Source: Alphaproteobacteria bacterium
GTDB taxonomy: Bacteria; Pseudomonadota; Alphaproteobacteria; UBA828
Direction: 5' to 3'
Length of the DNA: 64,000 nucleotides
Assembly: GCA_963422645.2 (NCBI GenBank)
Contig: CAXXVO010000018.1
Location: 32,001 to 96,000, forward strand
Of the stretch, positions 9,493-19,543 are shown piece after piece. Under the pieces are notes generated by a model, which did not search any database, was not told the origin of the DNA, and saw nothing but the letters and a program-made list of their open reading frames with translations. Every line of letters starts with the position of its first letter. Within the stretch, counting starts at the first letter, position 1. A program made the translations under genes and the position numbers.

Positions 9493-12009
9493 TCAGACTT
9501 CCTGACCTCGTGATGCTGGCTGTTCTGGGCAGCGTGCCGGGAACTCCTTGAATTCTGATACATTTCGGTTGTTTCAGGCGGTTTTTCGCTGGGTGTCGCG
9601 CCCGAGGTCTGATATTATAATTTGATACCAATTGCACGGGGTCTCAACCATGCCCAGTACCCTCCCAATGTGCCCTCCAGAGGCGGTCTCGATCGGCAAC
9701 AGCTGCTTCGCCGTCCTGATCTCGGACGACACCTTCACCTACTTTTCCAACCTCATTCCCTTTGACAGCCACGCCGCCGATGACCGCACGGCCATGCTCT
9801 TGCGGATCGGCCGCCTCGCGGCGATCAGCGCGGTCTCGCCGCAGGAACTGGCTGACGCTTTCGCTGTCTCGCGCGCGACGGTGCAGCGCGCACGACGGCG
9901 CTACCTGGCCGAGGGCGAAGCGGGGTTCATGAAGCCCCGGCGCGGTCGCGGGCCGTCGGTGTTCACTCCGGAGTTGGCGGAGAAGGCGACGGCGTTGCTG
10001 GCATCGGGCCTGAGCGGCTCTGCGGCGGCCCGGGTTCTCGGCGTGTCAGCGCCATCGGTCAACAAGTGGCGCCGTCAGGGACTGATCGGCAACACGGAGG
10101 CGGATGGGGAGCCCGGACGCTCAGCGCTGGCTGCGCCGCCTGACGCGGGTGCGGCTCCTGAAGGCCGTGTCGATGAAGAGAGTACCGGTGCCCCGGGGCC
10201 GGAGACGGCGCCGGGGCTGGAAGCGCAGCCGCAAACGGATCGCAGCGCGCGCGATCGGCGGGACCGGCAGGCGCCGATGGGGCGTGCGACTTGCGATGTT
10301 CCGGCTCGGGTTCTGGCCAGTTGTGGACAGGCGGGGCCGGTCGAACCGCAGTTCGCCGCCGCCGCCCGCGGTGTCCGCTTCGGCGGCGTGCTCGCCGCCC
10401 TGCCGGCCCTGCTGAAGGAAGGTCTTCTCTCCGAGACCGGTCTCCTGCCATTGCTGCCGAAGGGCTATTACGGCTTGCCTACGATCCTGCTCTTCCTGGC
10501 CTTCATGACCTTGGCGCGGGTGCGCAACCCCGAGAGCCTGCGCTACCAGGCGCCGGGCGAATGGGGCGCCATTCTCGGCCTCGATCGCTGCCCCGAGGTC
10601 AAGACGCTGCGCCGCAAGATCGCTCTCATCGCCGACGACGAGGCCGGCGTGCGGGCGTGGCAGCTCGCCCTTGCCAGGCGCTGGCAGGCGCCGACGAGCC
10701 GGAGCTCTGGGCGACGCTGGCCATCGACGGGCACGTCAAGGTCTACTCCGGCCGCAAGGGGCGCTTGCCCAAGCACTTCGTCTCGCGCGAGAAGCTGTGC
10801 CTGCCGGCGAGCGCCAGCTACTGGATCAACGCTCTGGGCGGCAAGCCGCTGCTCTGTCTGCACAAGCCGCTGGACCCGAAGATGGTCGCGGCCATCGAAG
10901 CCGACGTGGTGCCGGCGCTGCAGGAGCTTGGGATCGTTGGCGCCGGGGCGCCGGACCTGACCGCCGAGCATCCCGGCCAGCCGGCGCTCACCCTGGTCTT
11001 CGACCGCGAGGGCTGGAGCCCGGATCTGTTCCGCCGGCTGGCGAGGCGCGGCGTCGCCTGCCTGACCTGGCACAAGAACTTCAGGGGCGAGGACTGGCCG
11101 GCCGAGGACTTCGGCGCGATGACCGTTCCCATTCACGGACCGGCGGCGGACGGCAGCGCCACCATGCGGCTGGCTGAGAAGCCGGTGACGTTGCCGAACG
11201 GCTTCAGGGTGCGCCAGATCCGCCGCCTGCTCGACAACGGCCGTCAGGTGCCGCTGATCACCACCGATCCGCACAAGCCGATGGCTGAGGTTGCGGGCGC
11301 CATGTTCTCGCGCTGGTCGCAGGAGAACTTCTTCAAGTACATGCGTGACGAGTTCAATCTCGACGCCCTGCCGACCCACGAGCTCGAGCCTCTCGATCCC
11401 GCCGCCATGGTCGTCAACCCGCTGCGGCGGGCCTATGACAAGGCAATCCATCGCCTCGACCGCCAGCTTGGCCGCCTGCGCAACCGCATCGCCGACACGG
11501 CCCGGAAGAAGCAGCCGACGGCGGAACTCAGGAGGGAAGTCAGGGACCTCCAGGATGTCCGCGACATCGTCAGGGCCAGCCGCAGGGAGACGCCCAAGCA
11601 CTGCCGGGCCGGCGACCTCGACGAAGCCGAGCAGCTCGATGCCTTGCCCGCGCGCGAGCGCCTCCTCCTCGACGTCATCCGGATGATCGCCTACCGCGCC
11701 GAAACCCGCATGATGCTTCCCGTCATGCAGGCGCAGGGCCACAAGCCCCATCCCCGGAAACTGCTTCAAGCGCTGCTCACCGCCGATGCCGACATCCTGC
11801 CGGATCCTGGCAATGGCCTCCTGCGGGTCCACATTCTTGGCCTCGCAAACGACGCCTGCGACCGTTGGATCGATGCGGTTCTGAGCGACCTGAACGCCAC
11901 CGAAACGGTCTTCCCCGGCACCCGTCTGCGCATAGTCTACGACATCGACGGGGCCTCGGAATCCGCGCGGCTCGTGTCACCTAAAATCAGCAGAGGTCAG
12001 GAAGTCTGA
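9493..12009 (+). mobile_element. Unclassified DDE insertion sequence (IS4-superfamily-like), copy 1, 17-bp TIR TCAGACTTCCTGACCTC
   Basis: Perfect 17-bp inverted termini; the same left end recurs at 14951, 17025 (inverted) and 50321. Confidence 0.88.
9650..12009 (+). pseudogene. About 785-aa transposase with N-terminal HTHs, frameshifted near 10690
   Basis: HTH-like LADAFAVSRATVQRARR and AARVLGVSAPSVNKW; second frame has IDGHVKVY, LVFDREG, RWSQENFFKY (D, D, E); the stop TGA is the last 3 nt of the TIR. Confidence 0.8.
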
Positions 12010-12729
12010 GTTTCAGCGTGGAGATGCCCTCCACGAAGTCCCGCACGTAGTCGTCGATCGGGTTTGTGACGATCTCTTCGGGCGTGCCGACCTGCACGAT
12101 CCGGCCGTCATTCATGATCGCGATGCGGCTGCCGATACGAATCGCCTCGTCCAGATCGTGCGTGATGAAGACCGTCGTCTTGTTCAGCTCGGCCGAGAGC
12201 GTCATGAACTGCTCTTGAAGCCGCCGCCGAATCAGAGGGTCCAGCGCTGAGAAGGGCTCATCCATCAAGAGGATCTCGGGATCCGACGCGAGAGCGCGGG
12301 CGAGCCCGACCCGTTGCTGCATGCCGCCCGACAGCTCGCTCGGAAATCGGTCCTCGTAACCGTCGAGATTGACGAGGCTGAGGCAGCGTTGGGAGACCTC
12401 CCAGCGCGTCGCTTTCGGCTGACCCTGTACCTGCAGCGGGAACGCCACGTTGTCGCGGACCGTGCGGTGCGGGAAGAGCGCCATGTGCTGGAACACCATG
12501 CCGATCTGGGCGGCGCGCAGTTTCCTCAACTCGCCTTCGCCAAGCGCAAGCACGTCCCGCCCCAGAACCTCGATGCGACCGGAGGTCGGCTCGATCAACC
12601 GGTTGATGTGGCGCACCATGGTCGACTTCCCCGAGCCGGATAGACCCATGACGCAAAAGATCTCGCCGCGCGGGACCTCGAACGAGCAATCCGCGATTCC
12701 AACCACGCATCCGAACTGCTCGAACGCCT
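12010..12729 (-). pseudogene. Glycine betaine/proline-type ABC ATP-binding subunit (ProV-like) internal fragment
   Basis: [48 protein letters not shown]; both ends replaced by IS sequence. Confidence 0.85.
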
Positions 12730-12778
12730 GGCGGTGCTGGCCGCGATCATGGCCGTCGAGGCCGACGAGGGTTCGTGA
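12722..12778 (+). pseudogene. C-terminal remnant of an IS66-associated methyltransferase
   Basis: ERLAVLAAIMAVEADEGS* versus ERLAVLAAMMAVEAEDT* of the MTase at 28093-28758; same GTGA overlap with tnpC. Confidence 0.8.
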
Positions 12779-14316
12779 CAGTGTCGCGCTGGCACGAGGA
12801 CCTCGCTGCCCACGACGAGGCCTTCGCGTGCCTGCAGGACCTTTTCACCCCACAATCCTTCGCAATGACCGCCGTCAAAGCCATTCGGGAATGGGGCCAG
12901 AGGTTGCTGCGCCTGAGCGCGGCCCTGGTCAAGGAGAACGACGCGCTGGAGCGGGAGAACGCCCGCTTGCGCGAGCGGATCGCCGAACTCGAGCGCAGCG
13001 CCGCGCTCGACAGCACCACCAGCTCCAAGCCGCCGGCCAGCGACGGTCTGAAGAAGAAGAGCGGTGACCGGGAGAAGCGCACCCGGAGCCAGCGCGGCAA
13101 GTCCGACAGGCCCAGTGGCGGCCAGCCGGGCCACAAGGGAACTACCCTGGAGCGGACCGCGACGCCCGACCATGTCGTCGATCATGATCCGTCCGCCTGT
13201 GAGGGCTGCGGCGCGCCGCTGTCGGACGCTGACCGTCACGGAGCCCCCGTCTGCCGGCAGGTCTTCGATGTGCCCGAGCCGCAGCCCCTCGAGGTCACCG
13301 AACATCGCGGCCATCGTTGCCTCTGCGCTGCCTGCGGCACCGTGACGACAGCCGTCTTCCCGAACGGCGTGAGCGCACCGGTCCAATACGGGCCGCGCAT
13401 CACCGCGTGGGTGACCTACCTGCTGCACGCTCAGTTCATTCCCGAGAAGCGGGTCGCCGAGGTCATGAGCGACCGCTTCGCGGTCAAGCTCTCAACAGCC
13501 ACCATCGTCGCCATGGGAAGGCGCACCGCCCGGCGCTTCGAGGGCTTCCTCGATCGCCTCGCGGAGATCATCCGCACCGCAGCCCCAGTCAAACACCTCG
13601 ACGAGACCGGCATCCGCATCGCCGCCCGGACCCATTGGCTCCATGTGCTGTGCACCCCGTTGCTCACCATCCTGCGCGTCGCCACCGGGCGCAGCCACAT
13701 CGACGAGAAGCTCAACGGCATCGTCATCCATGACGACTACGCCACCTACTTCGCTCTCGAGGGCGTGCGCCACGGGGCCTGCAACGCCCATCACCTGCGC
13801 GAGCTCCAAGCCCTCATCGAGATCGAGAAGGAAGACTGGGCAACGAGCACGCACCGGCTCCTCATCCGTGCCAACAGAGCCGCCCGCTTCGCCCACAAGA
13901 ACGACCGCGACGTGCCCGCCTCACTGGTGGCCCGCATCTCGCGAGCCTGGGACCGCATCCTCGAACGTGCCATCGCCTCTCACGAAGAAATGCCACCGCT
14001 CCAGACCGGAAAGCGCGGACGACAAAAGCGCCGCATCGGTCACAACCTCGCCCTCCGACTCCAGAAGTACAAGGAGGGGTGCCTGCGCTTCCTCACCGAT
14101 CCGCGAACCCCCTTCTCCAACAACGAGGCCGAGCGCGACCTCCGAATGGGCAAGCTGCGCCAGAAAATCTCAGGCGGCTTCCGCTCGATACAAGGCGCCC
14201 GCGACTTCGCAAACCTGCGATCCGTCATCGCCACCGCTCGAAAACAGCGCTGGAATGTCCTCGAAACCCTGGCGCACCCCGATCCAATCCAGCTGATCCC
14301 CGTATTGCGCTTCTGA
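12775..14316 (+). CDS. IS66-family transposase TnpC (variant B)
   Basis: Coiled coil, SSKPPASDG, GGQPGHKG, CxxC zinc finger, HLDETG, HDDY, CNAHHLREL, NNEAERDLR. Confidence 0.95.
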   Translation: MTVSRWHEDLAAHDEAFACLQDLFTPQSFAMTAVKAIREWGQRLLRLSAALVKENDALERENARLRERIAELERSAALDSTTSSKPPASDGLKKKSGDREKRTRSQRGKSDRPSGGQPGHKGTTLERTATPDHVVDHDPSACEGCGAPLSDADRHGAPVCRQVFDVPEPQPLEVTEHRGHRCLCAACGTVTTAVFPNGVSAPVQYGPRITAWVTYLLHAQFIPEKRVAEVMSDRFAVKLSTATIVAMGRRTARRFEGFLDRLAEIIRTAAPVKHLDETGIRIAARTHWLHVLCTPLLTILRVATGRSHIDEKLNGIVIHDDYATYFALEGVRHGACNAHHLRELQALIEIEKEDWATSTHRLLIRANRAARFAHKNDRDVPASLVARISRAWDRILERAIASHEEMPPLQTGKRGRQKRRIGHNLALRLQKYKEGCLRFLTDPRTPFSNNEAERDLRMGKLRQKISGGFRSIQGARDFANLRSVIATARKQRWNVLETLAHPDPIQLIPVLRF

Positions 14317-14418
14317 AATCCTGCGCTGCTCCGGGAAAGCGCCGCCTGACCCCTGGCTGGTCAGAACCATCAATCCATCACGTCCGAGTGCTCGGCAGAA
14401 TCAGACCTGGGCAGTTAC
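14317..14418 (+). mobile_element. IS66 variant B right end, inserted into the variant A right end
   Basis: TIR ACCTGGGCAGTTAC ends at 14418 and is followed directly by TGAAAATCGG..., the variant A right-end sequence seen at 4481. Confidence 0.8.
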
Positions 14419-14602
14419 TGAAAATCGGTGCCCGTCGCGCGGGCGGACTTCGGGCCACATCGGGGTAGCTTACCGGTCGCAGTCCGCAAGAGGGCATCGT
14501 GAGCTGTGAAACCCGGCGACCCCAGAGGAGCACACGGGCGTCGCGTGGGTAGCGTTGTGCCGAATCCCAGAGAATTTTCACAGCAAGAACCTGGGCAGTT
14601 AC

Positions 14603-14950
14603 GAAATGTTTGGGCCGGAGAACCTCTGCGCCCAACTAACCGTTCTCAAGACAGCCGGACAGAGTGCGGAGTTAATTGCTGGAACGGCAGACTTCGTGCT
14701 CTGGTATGCCAGAAAAAGACCAAGTGTGAAGTTTCGGACTCCTCTCATATACAAGTCCTTAGATACCGACAAAGCCGGCGTTTATCGTTGGGTTCGCAAG
14801 TTGGATGGATCCGTACGGCAACTCTCAAGAGAAGAACGCTTTAACGGCCGCACAGAAAACGTATTCAGGTACGATAACCTTACTTCCCAACGACCTCCCG
14901 GCGATTTCCCAGTGGAGGTCGATGGCAAGACTTACAGGTCGGGGAAAGGA
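14603..14950 (+). pseudogene. mod: Type III Mod subunit, continuation (lower-GC variable region), cut again by IS
   Basis: EMFGPENLCAQ...DFVLWYARK...FRYDNLTSQ continues the mod frame after the TSD and ends at the TIR at 14951. Confidence 0.85.
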
Positions 14951-17025
14951 TCAGACTTCCTGACCTCGTGATGCTGGCTGTTCTGGGCAGCGTGCCGGGA
15001 ACTCCTTGAATTCTGATACATTTCGGTTGTTTCAGGCGGTTTTTCGCTGGGTGTCGCGCCCGAGGTCTGATATTATAATTTGATACCAATTGCACGGTCT
15101 CAACCATGCCCAGTACCCTCCCAATGTGCCCTCCAGAGGCGGTCTCGATCGGCAACAGCTGCTTCGCCGTCCTGATCTCGGACGACACCTTCACCTACTT
15201 TTCCAACCTCATTCCCTTTGACAGCCACGCCGCCGATGACCGCACGGCCATGCTCTTGCGGATCGGCCGCCTCGCGGCGATCAGCGCGGTCTCGCCGCAG
15301 GAACTGGCTGACGCTTTCGCTGTCTCGCGCGCGACGGTGCAGCGCGCACGACGGCGCTACCTGGCCGAGGGCGAAGCGGGGTTCATGAAGCCCCGGCGCG
15401 GTCGCGGGCCGTCGGTGTTCACTCCGGAGTTGGCGGAGAAGGCGACGGCGTTGCTGGCATCGGGCCTGAGCGGCTCTGCGGCGGCCCGGGTTCTCGGCGT
15501 GTCAGCGCCATCGGTCAACAAGTGGCGCCGTCAGGGACTGATCGGCAACACGGAGGCGGATGGGGAGCCCGGACGCTCAGCGCTGGCTGCGCCGCCTGAC
15601 GCGGGTGCGGCTCCTGAAGGCCGTGTCGATGAAGAGAGTACCGGTGCCCCGGGGCCGGAGACGGCGCCGGGGCTGGAAGCGCAGCCGCAAACGGATCGCA
15701 GCGCGCGCGATCGGCGGGACCGGCAGGCGCCGATGGGGCGTGCGACTTGCGATGTTCCGGCTCGGGTTCTGGCCAGTTGTGGACAGGCGGGGCCGGTCGA
15801 ACCGCAGTTCGCCGCCGCCGCCCGCGGTGTCCGCTTCGGCGGCGTGCTCGCCGCCCTGCCGGCCCTGCTGAAGGAAGGTCTTCTCTCCGAGACCGGTCTC
15901 CTGCCATTGCTGCCGAAGGGCTATTACGGCTTGCCTACGATCCTGCTCTTCCTGGCCTTCATGACCTTGGCGCGGGTGCGCAACCCCGAGAGCCTGCGCT
16001 ACCAGGCGCCGGGCGAATGGGGCGCCATTCTCGGCCTCGATCGCTGCCCCGAGGTCAAGACGCTGCGCCGCAAGATCGCTCTCATCGCCGACGACGAGGC
16101 CGGCGTGCGGGCGTGGCAGCTCGCCCTTGCCAGGCGCTGGCAGGCGCCGACGAGCCGGAGCTCTGGGCGACGCTGGCCATCGACGGGCACGTCAAGGTCT
16201 ACTCCGGCCGCAAGGGGCGCTTGCCCAAGCACTTCGTCTCGCGCGAGAAGCTGTGCCTGCCGGCGAGCGCCAGCTACTGGATCAACGCTCTGGGCGGCAA
16301 GCCGCTGCTCTGTCTGCACAAGCCGCTGGACCCGAAGATGGTCGCGGCCATCGAAGCCGACGTGGTGCCGGCGCTGCAGGAGCTTGGGATCGTTGGCGCC
16401 GGGGCGCCGGACCTGACCGCCGAGCATCCCGGCCAGCCGGCGCTCACCCTGGTCTTCGACCGCGAGGGCTGGAGCCCGGATCTGTTCCGCCGGCTGGCGA
16501 GGCGCGGCGTCGCCTGCCTGACCTGGCACAAGAACTTCAGGGGCGAGGACTGGCCGGCCGAGGACTTCGGCGCGATGACCGTTCCCATTCACGGACCGGC
16601 GGCGGACGGCAGCGCCACCATGCGGCTGGCTGAGAAGCCGGTGACGTTGCCGAACGGCTTCAGGGTGCGCCAGATCCGCCGCCTGCTCGACAACGGCCGT
16701 CAGGTGCCGCTGATCACCACCGATCCGCACAAGCCGATGGCTGAGGTTGCGGGCGCCATGTTCTCGCGCTGGTCGCAGGAGAACTTCTTCAAGTACATGC
16801 GTGACGAGTTCAATCTCGACGCCCTGCCGACCCACGAGCTCGAGCCTCTCGATTGACAGGTACTGGGCATGGTTGAGACCGTGCAATTGGTATCAAATTA
16901 TAATATCAGACCTCGGGCGCGACACCCAGCGAAAAACCGCCTGAAACAACCGAAATGTATCAGAATTCAAGGAGTTCCCGGCACGCTGCCCAGAACAGCC
17001 AGCATCACGAGGTCAGGAAGTCTGA
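14951..17025 (+). mobile_element. Unclassified DDE IS copy 2: 3'-truncated at about 16853 and capped by an inverted copy of its own left end (about 16859-17025)
   Basis: Near-identical to copy 1 up to ...CTCGAT 16853, including the frameshift at about 16146; 16859-17025 is the reverse complement of 14951-15117. Confidence 0.88.
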
Positions 17026-17303
17026 TGTTTGGCGAAATCATCGTTGTCCCTGTCCTCTGGATTGATCGCGCCGGAGTCCTGGGGCATATAGGGGACCTCC
17101 TCAATGTGACGTCGAATTTGGAGGCGTGCCACAGAGCATCAGGCAATCCATCGAGGCCACAAAGGACATCAAGTGCGAGTATTGGAGAAGTCTTGTGATA
17201 AGTATTCGCCTTTGTTTCTCGCAGTAAGTTCTACAACTCCAAGACCATAATTGACAGTTTTAGTGATTTATTGGTAATATCGGAAGACAAGTGGGAGGAC
17301 CGC

Positions 17304-18356
17304 ATGAACACAGTTTTGCGTAAAGTCGTAATTGCGTCGGGCGCCGCCGTATTCGGTGTCGCAGGCGTCTTGCTAACGCAACCCGCTTCGGCGGAAGGCC
17401 AGCTCAACGTCTACAACTGGGGCGATTACATCAACCCAGAGGTGCTGACCCGGTTCACCGAGGACACCGGAATCGAGGTGACCCTCGACACCTACGGCAC
17501 CAATGAGGAAATGCTGGCGAAAATTCAGGCCGGCGCGACAGGTTACGACATCGTCTTCCCGTCGGTTCACATGCGCGACATCATGCAGAAGCTCGGGTTG
17601 CTACACGACGCAAAGGTCAACACGCTTCAGGGATTCGAGAACATCGACCCGGTCGCCAAGCGGTCCAGCGTCGACCCCGAGAGCTCATTTTGCTTGCCTT
17701 ATGCCTGGGGTGCGGTCGGCATCTTCTACAACAAGGAAGAAGCCGGCGAGCTCACCTCTTGGGAGGACTTCTTTGCGCTGCCTGACAGGGGCAAGAAGAT
17801 CACCATGCTCGACGACTTGCGCGAGACCATTGGTGTTGCCCTCATCAAGAATGGCCACTCCGTGAACACGGCGGATTCGGATGCTCTCAAGCAGGCCGAG
17901 GCCTGGCTGCTCGAGCGCAAGGACAAGATTTCGGCGTTTACCTACGACATCGTGCCGCTCGTTCAGGCCGGTGACATCGCGGCAGCGCACTGGTACGTGG
18001 GCGCGACCATCTACACGCTCCAGGAGCCCGACCGGCTCGGCTTCGTGATCCCGGAAGAAGGCGCGACGATGTACCAGGAGGACATTTGCGTTCTCAAGAC
18101 TGCGCCGAACAAGGAGAGCGCGATTCGCTTCTTCGAGTTCTACCTCCAGCCCGAGATTGCCGCTCTCAACACGCTCCAGCAGGTCAACGGCACGGCCAAT
18201 GTGCCTGCGCGCGATCTCCTGCCGCCTGAGCTGAAGGAAAATCCGAACACCAATCCTCCGCCCGAGGTGATGGCAAAGCTTCAGATCTTTACGGATCTCG
18301 GCAAGGATCTGCGCAAGTACAATCGCGTCTGGACCAAGGTGCGCACGGCCCAGTAG
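17304..18356 (+). CDS. Polyamine-type ABC transporter substrate-binding protein (PotD-like)
   Basis: LNVYNWGDYI, YGTNEEML, GYDIVFPS, PYAWG, IPEEGA; signal peptide; RBS GGAGG. Confidence 0.9.
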   Translation: MNTVLRKVVIASGAAVFGVAGVLLTQPASAEGQLNVYNWGDYINPEVLTRFTEDTGIEVTLDTYGTNEEMLAKIQAGATGYDIVFPSVHMRDIMQKLGLLHDAKVNTLQGFENIDPVAKRSSVDPESSFCLPYAWGAVGIFYNKEEAGELTSWEDFFALPDRGKKITMLDDLRETIGVALIKNGHSVNTADSDALKQAEAWLLERKDKISAFTYDIVPLVQAGDIAAAHWYVGATIYTLQEPDRLGFVIPEEGATMYQEDICVLKTAPNKESAIRFFEFYLQPEIAALNTLQQVNGTANVPARDLLPPELKENPNTNPPPEVMAKLQIFTDLGKDLRKYNRVWTKVRTAQ

Positions 18357-18379
18357 CAAGCCATTCAAATCGGCGCACG

Positions 18380-19543
18380 GTGGCGACAGGCCTGAGTCCG
18401 TCATCGGGAATGAGCGGCGCCGGATCGCCCACTTCGGGCGATCCGGTGGCCGAGGTGTTCGATGCCGTAAAGCGCTTCGCTGCGCCCGAAGGCGGCACGG
18501 TGACCGCGCTGGACGAGGTCTCCCTAGCGGTCAGCGCCGGTGAGTTCGTGACCCTGCTCGGCCCGTCGGGCTGTGGCAAGACGACCCTGCTGCGCTGCAT
18601 CAGCGGCTTTGAAGACCTCGATTCCGGCGAAGTGCGCATCGCTGGGGAGTTGATGACCGGGGTGCCGGCGCAGCACCGGCCGGTCAACACCGTATTTCAG
18701 ACCTACGCGCTCTTTCCACATCTACGCGTGGAAGCCAACGTCGCCTACGGCCTCGAGGTCACGGGCGTGCCACGGCGCGAGCGCACGCTACGCGTGGCCC
18801 AGGCCCTGGAGCAGGTCGGACTCCAGGGCCTGGAACGCCGCAAGCCGGACCAGTTGTCGGGCGGGCAGCGTCAGCGCGTCGCGCTGGCGCGCGCCATCAT
18901 CAACCGGCCCAAGCTTCTGCTGCTCGACGAGCCCTTGTCGGCGCTCGACCGCAACCTGCGGCATTCGATGCAGCTCGAGCTCAAGATCCTGCAGCACGAG
19001 CTCGGGATCTGCTTCCTCTTCGTCACCCATGACCAGGAGGAAGCGCTGACGATGTCGGACCGCATCGTCGTCCTGAACCACGGCAGGATCGAGCAGATCG
19101 GGACGCCAGAGCAGCTCTATCACACGCCGGCCACGACCTTCGTCGCCCAGTTCATCGGCGACGGGGCCCTTTTCACCGGCTCGGTCGAAGGCGGCCCGGA
19201 CCCGGCGCTCGTGACCGATGACGGTCTGCGACTCGCGGTTCGCGACGGCGTACCGGCCGGGTGCAGGATGACGATGCTGCTGCGCCCCGAGCAGCTCGGC
19301 GGAGCGCCTGCGGGCGCGGACCCCGCGTTCGGCGTCGTGGAGGCGACGCTCGAACAGTCGGTCTTTTACGGCGCGACGCGCCAGCTGGTTTGCCGGCTCG
19401 GCAACGGTGCCGCCATCACGGTCACGCCCAACCCGGGCGGCGCTGACGAAGAGCTCTTCCGGGCGCAACCCGGCGACCCGCTCAGGCTCGCCTACCTGCG
19501 CACGGAACCGCATCTGATCGAGGAAGCGCCCGATGGCGCTTAG
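18380..19543 (+). CDS. Polyamine-type ABC ATP-binding protein (PotA-like)
   Basis: [38 protein letters not shown]-like tail. Confidence 0.92.
   Translation: MATGLSPSSGMSGAGSPTSGDPVAEVFDAVKRFAAPEGGTVTALDEVSLAVSAGEFVTLLGPSGCGKTTLLRCISGFEDLDSGEVRIAGELMTGVPAQHRPVNTVFQTYALFPHLRVEANVAYGLEVTGVPRRERTLRVAQALEQVGLQGLERRKPDQLSGGQRQRVALARAIINRPKLLLLDEPLSALDRNLRHSMQLELKILQHELGICFLFVTHDQEEALTMSDRIVVLNHGRIEQIGTPEQLYHTPATTFVAQFIGDGALFTGSVEGGPDPALVTDDGLRLAVRDGVPAGCRMTMLLRPEQLGGAPAGADPAFGVVEATLEQSVFYGATRQLVCRLGNGAAITVTPNPGGADEELFRAQPGDPLRLAYLRTEPHLIEEAPDGA

Larger units (their letters stand above)
9384..14602 (+). mobile_element. IS66-bounded composite with an 8-bp TSD
   Basis: Left TIR GTAACTACCCAGGT at 9384, right TIR ACCTGGGCAGTTAC ending 14602; GAAATGTT at 9376-9383 and 14603-14610; mod resumes in frame. 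Confidence 0.92.
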
